From Methanomassiliicoccales archaeon (lineage in GTDB: Archaea; Thermoplasmatota; Thermoplasmata; Methanomassiliicoccales; UBA472): a stretch of 64,000 bases of DNA. The position numbers were made by a program, and so were the translations under genes. Shown here one piece after another: positions 47,101 through 53,996 of the stretch (position 1 is the first letter of the stretch; every line of letters starts with the position of its first letter). Location of the stretch: positions 21,978 through 85,977 of the forward strand of contig JAVYMA010000004.1 in assembly GCA_038740345.1 (NCBI GenBank). Reading direction: 5' to 3'. Under the pieces are notes generated by a model. It had not been told where the DNA came from, did no database searches, and saw nothing but the letters and a program-made list of their open reading frames with translations.

Positions 47101-48925
47101 TAGGCTGCTGCCTTCCTTCCTCGAGGTGTACCAGCGCGCGCACGGCGTTAGGCCTGACTTGGAGATATTGGATTGGGACGAGGCCAAATCAGCGAGAGCC
47201 TCCGCTTCCAGGTTGAACGAGCTGCGCCGGGTCAGGAAAATCATCTTGGGAGGCACGACCAATGAGGTGCTCAAGCTCTGCGGCTATATGTGCCAGCTCC
47301 CCCCCTTCAACTCCAGGGGAGAGGGCTTCACGGTGCGCAGCCTGGTAGTGGATGAGGCCAGCATGATGGTGATGCCGCACTTCCTCGCTTTGGCATCGAT
47401 CCTCAGCGCGGAGGGCTGCGCGATGCTCGCCGGCGACCACAATCAATTGTCCCCCATACTATCCCATCAATGGGAGGAGGAGGACCGCCCATACATCCAA
47501 CTATATCAGCCATACACCAGCGCCTACGACGCCGTGGCCTCTTTGTCCAGGGCAAGGGGCATAGAGCCTTCGATGATAAGACGCTCAGCCCTAGTGCTCA
47601 CCTTTCGGCTGCCATATGAGATAAGGACGCTAATTGATGATATCTATCGCAGGGACGGCGTGGAGCTGGAGGGCGCGAAGGCGATTGAGAGCAGGAGGAT
47701 CGAGAGGGATGATGACGTATTCGGCCTGCTATGGCGGCAGGGAGGCATCTTCCTCATCCTCCACTCGGAGAGTGGCTCGAAGAAGCTCAACAGGTTCGAG
47801 GCCTCTATTATCGAGGAATTGGTCAGAAGAGGTACCAACAGGCCTCCTGGGTCCTTGGCGGTGATGACACCGCATCGGGCTCAGCGCACCCTGCTGCAGT
47901 CCGTCCTGCGGCCTTATCTGACAGAGGGGGATGTGATAGACACGGTGGAGAGGTTGCAGGGGGGAGAGAGGCCTACGGTCATCGTGTCGGGAACGCAAAG
48001 CGATCCCACGGCCATAAGCAACAGCGCGGACTTCATCCTCTACCTCAACCGCACCAATGTCATCTTCTCCCGGGCCAGGGAGAGGCTGATAGTGGTATGC
48101 GCCCGCACGCTGTTGGACAGCGTGCCGGCGGACAAGGAGATGTATGAGAACGCCATGCTGTGGAAGAAGTTGAGAGCGCTCTGCAGCCGAAGACTCCTGT
48201 GGTTCCGATATCGAGGCCACGAGATGGAGGTGCTGCTGCCCGACCTGGATAACATAGAGCTAGTTGGTGCTAATCCCGAATGCGATTCATACCTCCCTAG
48301 CTTCGAACCTAAACCCACCATCACAATGCTGAATCCTGTTAATACTGGGCAAGGGCTTTTAGCCTTGGAGGGCAACACCGAACAAGTCGCCTTAGCAAAC
48401 GCGCCTGAAGCTCTTAGCGAGAAGACCTGTGTAGAAAAGGTCGAAAGGCGCAGGGCGCGCTTCGGTCCCGGACCGCCTCCTATCCCTCGCATAGTGGTGG
48501 ATGGCAGCAACCTCGCTCGCTACGCGGGATATCAGAGCTCGGCCAGCGCCAGGAACCTGATCAAGGCCTATGAGGACCTGATCTCAGAATTCGGCTTCAG
48601 GAGCGTGCATGTGGTGGTGGGCGCGGGCCTGTGGAGGTCCATGCCTAGGGAGGAGTGGGAGCAGATGACCAAGTATTTCCATGAGGAGGCATCGAAGAGA
48701 GGCCGCTCCCCCATACTCCTCCAGGCGCCAGCGGGTGTGAATGATGATGTGTTCATAATAGGATTGGCGCTGAATGACGACTGCTTGATACTGAGTAATG
48801 ACCTCTTCCGCGATCATATACAGAGGCATCCGGAATGGGAGGTGGATATCAACATGAGGTTGGTCAAGTACATGTTCGTGGAGGACAAGCTCAGGATCGA
48901 GGAGTGGCCAGATTATCAAATATGA
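44132..48925 (+). CDS. 1,597-aa multidomain nuclease-helicase-RNase fusion (Cas4-like Fe-S PD-(D/E)xK nuclease, HhH, RNase-H-like region, SF1 Upf1/Dna2-like helicase, Zc3h12a-type NYN RNase)
   Basis: A single uninterrupted ORF at host-like GC; the domain motifs are itemised in the next three features. The start could be 44132, 44153 or 44177. Confidence 0.85.
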   Translation: MEARQINMAFIVGVSMGEERVRVDVNQIGEYIQRGACPRRFKLDLNSREEAMKLPFFARTLNPLDPVLQRMGRELEERWERSLLEAGMIRINDLGHAPLKDQISWEEFVELVEQHCQEGGQQFGREVAITCQKGRFEVHGRMDFVIVLWRDGRPYLRIVECKASRKDKTYHRLQLALYLLMVRSLLERRPLLVAGKELTCDSVEGVVARMREAGGGVVEDRIMDLEPLDLSTEMEDARRLLSDGGILEHISSSELEELSYQINAKCDSCVFNVCCLPESARRRSIELLGLDVSVTSTLREKGIRTLDELAALKVDSPLAHEMRRTPGFSQNLENLIARARARLSTLPGSKERAFQVQKFPHASEGQLPPHDIEGRRLVRVYVAVEYDYIEDRIVALAAHVTSSCWNICTPFRRRADGGWAPHPKAMESPPRTQQSMGGQEEREVQGEDVIRLKEKPWSGKREEDERAERELMERFLSELMISISRVAETDKAPVHFYFWSRSDFDALLGGCARCGSDLLDSLTHLLGCREPLEQLIYSCLEEEVHSRYGTGWTGRGLVVATSVKWFGQAYHWTREVEGRRIRLDDLFRQDLFDFRGRLRVRPDGEWAREGEPFEEPEFEIRSRFHDGLPIPYWHAVWGTLPPIGPEMRRNHREALEGYSRVNSPKLIQEYLRARVHAMRWLEERIIPKNRKLRKAFLDLRNLSRFRLAEPNSIRAAVDFLRLDHHVRLSDWLVRCMQPVRDRVAKGETVPIAKGTIMEDGSDVYIEAKLDLERFGEDGEGFWEKSLIEQESWVRLTIYDGDASKGQSPHQLFSEGCTCKVQGVDAREGKIFLKAMRFEPDRYRLFSKIPRDGFEFAVLDESISDMVATRVEGRLLNEASSSPSVALSWFDILRPSVPPLPCPPEEELEKDRRVLEGMIFEGKRLGKDQIEAIMEGLVTRVHLLLGPPGTGKTTTLAAATLLRASKLPPGEVLAFAASTHAAVDRLMEELNRLLPSFLEVYQRAHGVRPDLEILDWDEAKSARASASRLNELRRVRKIILGGTTNEVLKLCGYMCQLPPFNSRGEGFTVRSLVVDEASMMVMPHFLALASILSAEGCAMLAGDHNQLSPILSHQWEEEDRPYIQLYQPYTSAYDAVASLSRARGIEPSMIRRSALVLTFRLPYEIRTLIDDIYRRDGVELEGAKAIESRRIERDDDVFGLLWRQGGIFLILHSESGSKKLNRFEASIIEELVRRGTNRPPGSLAVMTPHRAQRTLLQSVLRPYLTEGDVIDTVERLQGGERPTVIVSGTQSDPTAISNSADFILYLNRTNVIFSRARERLIVVCARTLLDSVPADKEMYENAMLWKKLRALCSRRLLWFRYRGHEMEVLLPDLDNIELVGANPECDSYLPSFEPKPTITMLNPVNTGQGLLALEGNTEQVALANAPEALSEKTCVEKVERRRARFGPGPPPIPRIVVDGSNLARYAGYQSSASARNLIKAYEDLISEFGFRSVHVVVGAGLWRSMPREEWEQMTKYFHEEASKRGRSPILLQAPAGVNDDVFIIGLALNDDCLILSNDLFRDHIQRHPEWEVDINMRLVKYMFVEDKLRIEEWPDYQI
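44177..44960 (+). other. Domain: Cas4/RecB-like PD-(D/E)xK nuclease with 4-Cys Fe-S cluster motif
   Basis: N-terminal Cys (GACPRRF, TGT at 44240), catalytic-type D (MDFVIV, GAC at 44558), E-x-K (IVECKAS, 44609-44617), QxxxY-like HRLQLALY, and C-x2-C-x5-C (CDSCVFNVCC, 44927-44956). This is the Cas4/AddB/Dna2 arrangement. Confidence 0.75.
46900..48110 (+). other. Domain: superfamily-1 (Upf1/Dna2-like, AAA_11/AAA_12) helicase core
   Basis: Walker A LLLGPPGTGKTT (46964-46987), motif II VVDEASMM (47345-47368), GDHNQLSPI, TVERLQGGERPTVIV and FSRARERLIVV. Confidence 0.8.
48485..48922 (+). other. Domain: Zc3h12a/Regnase-type NYN ribonuclease
   Basis: PRIVVDGSNLA...VNDDVFIIGLALNDDCLILSNDLFRDH...MRLVKYMFVEDKL aligns by eye with the mammalian Regnase-1 NYN core recalled from memory (RPVVIDGSNVA...[26 protein letters not shown]...RLLMYSFVNDKF). 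All the acidic catalytic positions are present. Confidence 0.75.
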
Positions 48926-49377
48926 TTATTTAAAATTAATAAATAAATAAAGTTTCAGAAGTTCGCTTGAAGAACACTCTTTTTATAACAAAATTTAAAT
49001 GTATTCGATTGGTCACGAATATATATTATTTTCATTTATAAATAACGTCCTTCTTATTTATAAGTCACAATCGAAATAAAAAAAAAGGATATGGTAATGA
49101 AAAAGTCTTTCTTTCATCCTTTTTCAGCATTCCCATCTTTTAAGTAATTTTGGGTTTTATTATGATTATTATTATAGAAGATTAATTAGAAAGAATCTAA
49201 TATTGGATTTATTCTCAAAAGTATTGATATTTTAGGGTAAAGAGAGATGGAAAATTGAAAAGATTTCATTAATTTTTTTATATTATAAAATTTGCAATTA
49301 GAAAACTTTACCAATTTATATTTCAAAATCCTATGCGAAAAGCTTAGAATAGAAAATAATTATTAGACACATCCAAA

Positions 49378-51267
49378 ATGAGACTTTATTCAGGAAGCTC
49401 TAATCAGTTCGTAGAAGATACAATACAAAATCAAATAGCAGAAAAAATGAAAAATAGTTATTTTAACTATTTTCGTTATTTTCCAACACCAAGTGAGATT
49501 AGTGCATGGAGAAATTCATTAAGGGCCATGTCTCTGGTTATTTTATCTTCAAAATTAGATGACCATGGAGTAATCCTAGAATATCAATTACCTTTGACAT
49601 CGAAAAGGTTAGATTTTTTAATATGTGGGCTTGATTCTGATTCAAAACCAAATGCTGTGATTGTAGAATTGAAGCAATGGGAAAAATGTGAGATATCTGA
49701 TGGAGAAAATGAAGTCCTTACATTCGTCGGTGGAAATAAAAGAGAGGTACTGCATCCATCAGCGCAAGTAGGTCAATATTCATTATACCTTCAAGATACC
49801 CATACTGCATTTTATGAAAATCCAACTCCGATAAATCTGAGCGCCTGTTCTTACCTTCATAATTACAGGGCAATTTCAAATGATCCTTTATTTAATAAAA
49901 AATTTTGCAATTTATTGGAAAAATATCCAATATTCACTGAAGATGATGTAAACAAATTAAAGGAATACTTAATTCCAAGATTAGAAAAAGGAGAAGGTTT
50001 GCCTGTTCTCGCTAGGATAGAAAATAGTAAATATCGTCCAAATAAAAAATTAATGGATCATGTTGGCAATCTAATCAAAGGCAAGCCAGAATATATATTG
50101 TTAGATGAACAAAAAATTGTATATGATAAAGTTCTTGCAGTCGCGAAAGAGGGTTTTCATCAATCGAGAAAAATTGTAATTATTGTAAAGGGAGGTCCTG
50201 GTACTGGAAAATCTGTTATTGCAATTAATCTGATGGCAGATTTGTTATTAAAAGGCTATAATGCACACTATGCAACAGGATCCAGAGCTTTTACAGAGAC
50301 TTTAAGGAAAATTATAGGAAAAAGAGGAAGTGTTCAATTCAGATTTTTCAATAGCTATACACAATCGGAACCGAACTCAGTAGATATTCTAATCTGCGAC
50401 GAAGCGCATCGGATAAGGAAAACAAGCAATAATTGGAGAACGCCAACATATAATAAGAGCAATATTCCGCAAATTGATGAATTATTGACAGTCGCAAAAG
50501 TTGTTGTGTTTTTTATTGATGATGCACAGGTTGTTCGACCAGATGAAGTTGGTTCCGTGGATTACATTAAAAATGCAGCCAATCGATTTAATTGTCAAAT
50601 TTTTGAATATGAACTAGAAGCTCAATTTCGTTGTGCTGGGTCAGATGCATTTGTTAATTGGGTAAACAATACTCTAGCAATAAAAAGAACTGCGAATGTT
50701 ATCTGGGAAGGGGATGAAGGATTTGACTTTAGAATCGTTGAATCACCTCAAAAGCTAGAAACTATGATTAGGGAGAAGGTATCCCAAGGTTACTCAGGAA
50801 GGATAGTTGCTGGATTTTGTTGGCCCTGGTCTTATCCGAAAGAGGATGGAACACTGGTTGACGATGTTAAGATAGGTGATTATTGCCGTCCTTGGGATGC
50901 TAGACCTGACGCAAAGAAATTATCTAAGGATATCCCCCCTGCTTCTTTATGGGCATACGATCCCAATGGGATAAATCAGATTGGTTGCGTATATACAGCC
51001 CAGGGGTTTGAATTCGATTATATAGGGGTTATTTTTGGATTAGATTTGAGATATGATTTCTCGGAGCAGAGATGGAAAGGCTACAGAGAATTTTCTTGTG
51101 ACAATGTTGTTAAACGTTCAAAAGAGAAATTCACTGATCTTGTAAAAAATACGTATAGGGTTTTATTAACACGTGGTCTAAAAGGATGCTATATATATTT
51201 TATGGATAAGCAAACAGAAAACTTTTTCAAATCAAGAATAGAAATTGAAAAGGTAGTTAACTCTTGA
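49378..51267 (+). CDS. DUF2075-family (Schlafen group-3 helicase-like) ATPase with N-terminal D...ExK nuclease-like motif
   Basis: 629 aa. RLDFLICG (D at 49612) and VIVELKQW (E-x-K at 49666-49674). Walker A GGPGTGKS (50191-50214), ICDEAHR (50392-50412), then QFRCAGS...YTAQGFEFDYIGVIFG...YRVLLTRGLKGCYIYF, typical of DUF2075. Confidence 0.8.
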   Translation: MRLYSGSSNQFVEDTIQNQIAEKMKNSYFNYFRYFPTPSEISAWRNSLRAMSLVILSSKLDDHGVILEYQLPLTSKRLDFLICGLDSDSKPNAVIVELKQWEKCEISDGENEVLTFVGGNKREVLHPSAQVGQYSLYLQDTHTAFYENPTPINLSACSYLHNYRAISNDPLFNKKFCNLLEKYPIFTEDDVNKLKEYLIPRLEKGEGLPVLARIENSKYRPNKKLMDHVGNLIKGKPEYILLDEQKIVYDKVLAVAKEGFHQSRKIVIIVKGGPGTGKSVIAINLMADLLLKGYNAHYATGSRAFTETLRKIIGKRGSVQFRFFNSYTQSEPNSVDILICDEAHRIRKTSNNWRTPTYNKSNIPQIDELLTVAKVVVFFIDDAQVVRPDEVGSVDYIKNAANRFNCQIFEYELEAQFRCAGSDAFVNWVNNTLAIKRTANVIWEGDEGFDFRIVESPQKLETMIREKVSQGYSGRIVAGFCWPWSYPKEDGTLVDDVKIGDYCRPWDARPDAKKLSKDIPPASLWAYDPNGINQIGCVYTAQGFEFDYIGVIFGLDLRYDFSEQRWKGYREFSCDNVVKRSKEKFTDLVKNTYRVLLTRGLKGCYIYFMDKQTENFFKSRIEIEKVVNS

Positions 51268-51637
51268 GATTATTTTTAAATTCATTATATTTTTTATTAC
51301 TACCTTTCGCTAATTGTATTGGATATCTTTCATCATTTAGCTTCAATTTCTTTTCTAGTTCATCGGATAAATCAAAATTATATCTATCCGAAAAACGTAA
51401 CAGAAAATAGAGCACATCTCCCAATTCCTCTCCCATTTTTTTTCGATAATAGCTGTTAGTCATCATATCCATAATTTCATTCTCTTGTTTAAATCTAAAA
51501 ATTTCTAAAAATTCAGATGCTTCTGTTATTATCCCTATTGCTAAATCTTTAGGATTGTGAAATTCATCCCAACCTCTATCATCACAAAATTTTGCTACCT
51601 TTTTCTTAGCTGTCTCAAATGTTGTCTCTGAGTCCAT
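51257..51637 (-). CDS. MazG/DCTPP1-like all-alpha nucleoside-triphosphate pyrophosphohydrolase
   Basis: About 126 aa. FCDDRGWDEFHNPKDLAIGIITEASEFLEIFRFK...GEELGDVLYFLLRFSDRYNFDL...LNDERYP...KGSNKKY fits the MazG-type NTP-PPase pattern with its two acidic metal-binding helices. Its 3' end overlaps the DUF2075 gene by 11 nt. Confidence 0.8.
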   Translation of the reverse strand: MDSETTFETAKKKVAKFCDDRGWDEFHNPKDLAIGIITEASEFLEIFRFKQENEIMDMMTNSYYRKKMGEELGDVLYFLLRFSDRYNFDLSDELEKKLKLNDERYPIQLAKGSNKKYNEFKNNLKS

Positions 51638-51793
51638 CAAAGTGATAAATATGTTTTAGATTAAAATTTGTATCATCAAAAAGTTCTATCATCTTTTAAT
51701 TAATTGATAAATTATAACAATATTAATTAATTATTATATTATTTTTTGTTTAAATTTGCAATATTTATATTTATGCACATTAATCAGAACTAG

Positions 51794-52840
51794 ATGGCCA
51801 ATATCATAGACGATTTTTCCACCATGACTCAGCTGGACAGCTTCAGGATGATAGATCAGATCGTTAAATTGCCAGATCATCTGCGCGAGGCGCTCGCATG
51901 GCGGACGAGCATCGAGGGGAAGTTCGAAGCCGTGCTCTTCGGCGGCATGGGCGGCTCCGCCGTGGGCGGGGACGTGCTGGCGGATTACGCTTCGAGCGCC
52001 TCGGAGGTCCACGTGTCAGTTATCAGGGGCACAGAGCTGCCGAGATGGGCTGACAAGAAGTTCCTAATAGCATTGGTCAGCTATTCTGGCGATACCTGGG
52101 AGGTGCTGGAGCTCTTCCATCGCGCGAAAGAGAGAGGATGCAGCATGGTCTCCATCACCTCAGGGGGTGAGCTCAAGCGACTGTCAGAGAAAGAAGCAGT
52201 GCCGACGATACCTCTTCCCCCAGGATTGCAGCCTCGAGCTGCTTTGGGCTACCTATTAGGGGCTCAGGTGGCTGTGCTCGAGGCCATCGGTCTCCACTCC
52301 ATCAAGAAGGACATGGCCATGGCGCAGCTGGCGATGGCCGACCTGAGGGAGAACTTGTCCCCTGGCGTTCCCACACATGCCAACATGGCCAAAAGGCTGG
52401 CCACCAAGCTCTATCAGAGGATTCCGGTGATCTATGCCCCGCGCAGCCTGAGGGCGGTGGCCTACAGATGGCAGACGCAGATCAACGAGAACGCCAAGAT
52501 GATGGCCTTCAGCGGCGATTTCCCGGAGATGAACCATAATCAGATCGTTGGCTGGATGGAAGGCTCCAAAGGCACCGCCCTCCTTCCCGTGTTCCTCAAG
52601 CCCGCCACCACCAAGGGCAGCATGGGGGAGAGGATGGACCTCACCATGAGGCTGATGGAGGAGTCAGGCGTGAGATCCATCCCGGTGGAGCTCTCGGGCC
52701 GGACGCCTCTCGAGTCAGCGCTCATGGGCATAATGCTAGGGGACTTCGTCTCCTACTATCTGGCCATGCTTAAGGGAGTGGATCCCACTCCAGTCGTCCC
52801 CATCCAAAAGCTGAAGGCGCGCATGGCAGGCCTATCCTGA
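51794..52840 (+). CDS. pgi: Bifunctional phosphoglucose/phosphomannose isomerase (archaeal SIS-domain type)
   Basis: 348 aa. GMGGSAVGGD, VSYSGDTWE and FPEMNHNQIVGW motifs. Confidence 0.85.
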   Translation: MANIIDDFSTMTQLDSFRMIDQIVKLPDHLREALAWRTSIEGKFEAVLFGGMGGSAVGGDVLADYASSASEVHVSVIRGTELPRWADKKFLIALVSYSGDTWEVLELFHRAKERGCSMVSITSGGELKRLSEKEAVPTIPLPPGLQPRAALGYLLGAQVAVLEAIGLHSIKKDMAMAQLAMADLRENLSPGVPTHANMAKRLATKLYQRIPVIYAPRSLRAVAYRWQTQINENAKMMAFSGDFPEMNHNQIVGWMEGSKGTALLPVFLKPATTKGSMGERMDLTMRLMEESGVRSIPVELSGRTPLESALMGIMLGDFVSYYLAMLKGVDPTPVVPIQKLKARMAGLS

Positions 52841-52960
52841 CTTCTCTCCGTCTTAGGAGACTTCGAACTCCGATCGAGATGATGCGGACTGATATAATGC
52901 GCTTGGCCGCAGTACGATTCGTAGGTTTCTATACCAAGAGCGCGAAAATGGTTTATCAGG

Positions 52961-53923
52961 GTGCCGCATTCAGGTGCGATGGACCCTAGAAGGCTCCTAG
53001 GCAACAACGCCTCCATGATGACCTTATCCTTCATCACCGCCCTGGCACTCGGCGGCTTCCCCTCATGGTTCCCCCTCACCAACGGCAACGTGGCTATGCT
53101 GATGCTTGTCATCATGATGTCCTTCTCCCTGACATCGCTTCGCATCAGAGGGATGAGCATCAGGTCTCATTCCAAGGCCATCCTTCGAGCCACGCTGCTG
53201 TCCTTTGTCCTCTCCTCTGGCGTCACGATAGCATTGGCGCAGCTCTTCCAAGGGGACATTAGGGCAGGCTGGGTTCTCCTGGCCGCTGTTCCCTCCGCCG
53301 TGTCCGTGGTGCCTTTCACCTTCCTCATGAAGGGCGACCTCGAGCCCACCCTGATCTCCACCGCCGCTCTTTACATCATCGCCGTGGCGCTCACCCCCCT
53401 TCTCACCCTTCTTTTCCTAGGACAGGCCGTGGATGTCTTGTTGCTCGTCTTCTATGTGGCGGTCCTCATCCTCCTCCCTCTCCTCCTCTCCATAGGGATA
53501 AAAAAGCTCGACATCCCGCCCTCGGACCGGACCGCGATAATCAATGTGGCCTTCTTCATCCTGATAGTGGCGGTAGCGGGCTCGAATCGTCACGTCTTCT
53601 TCGGGGAGCCGCTACTGCTGCTTTCCTTGCTAGGAGTGGCGGTGGTGCGTATCATGGGAGTAGGGCTGGCATGGGATTGGCATTTAAGAAGGAGAGGAGC
53701 ATCTCGCGCTCAAAGGGTGCCAGAGGTCCTCTTCTCCTCTTACAAGAACACGGGGATGGCCGCCGCCTTGGCCATGAGCGTGGTGGGTCCGCAGGCGGCG
53801 GTGCCGGCAGCAGTGTGCACGGTGGTGGACATTGTTTGGCTGATATATCTCTCGAGGTTCCTCTTCTCTGACGCCAGGGTGGAGGACAAGCAGGCCCCTA
53901 TCGAGATCTCGGAAGCATCATGA
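52961..53923 (+). CDS. Membrane transporter, bile acid:Na+ symporter (BASS/SBF-like) family
   Basis: About 9-10 hydrophobic helices and a FSSYKNTGMAAALA motif. The GTG start is uncertain. Confidence 0.6.
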   Translation: MPHSGAMDPRRLLGNNASMMTLSFITALALGGFPSWFPLTNGNVAMLMLVIMMSFSLTSLRIRGMSIRSHSKAILRATLLSFVLSSGVTIALAQLFQGDIRAGWVLLAAVPSAVSVVPFTFLMKGDLEPTLISTAALYIIAVALTPLLTLLFLGQAVDVLLLVFYVAVLILLPLLLSIGIKKLDIPPSDRTAIINVAFFILIVAVAGSNRHVFFGEPLLLLSLLGVAVVRIMGVGLAWDWHLRRRGASRAQRVPEVLFSSYKNTGMAAALAMSVVGPQAAVPAAVCTVVDIVWLIYLSRFLFSDARVEDKQAPIEISEAS

Positions 53924-53996
53924 TCCCCTTCTCATTTTCGCAAGCCCCTGAGCACGAAAATATTAAAGAGCGGTCCTCATTCCACTGCGATAACCT

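Larger units (their letters stand above)
48926..51793. other. Low-GC island (probable horizontally acquired insertion)
   Basis: My hand count gives 58% GC on line 48481-48540 and 32% on line 49381-49440. The flanking intergenic regions (48926-49377 and 51641-51793) are extremely AT-rich. Host-like GC resumes at the pgi/pmi start (51794). No integrase or transposase is present. Confidence 0.65.

Noticed and set aside
44080-47274. Minus-strand ORFs inside the giant gene (184 aa at 44080-44634, 154 aa at 46094-46558, 284 aa at 46420-47274, and others)
   Set aside because: All are antisense to an ORF with strong motif support. They are rich in Ser, Pro, Arg and Leu and low in complexity.
49288-51762. 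11-nt direct repeat AAATTTGCAAT (49288-49298 and 51752-51762) flanking the DUF2075/MazG cassette, considered as possible att or target-site duplication
   Set aside because: An 11-mer match in nearly pure AT sequence is weak evidence, and a similar string occurs inside the DUF2075 gene. No integrase is present. It is only worth revisiting if comparative genomics defines the insertion boundaries.
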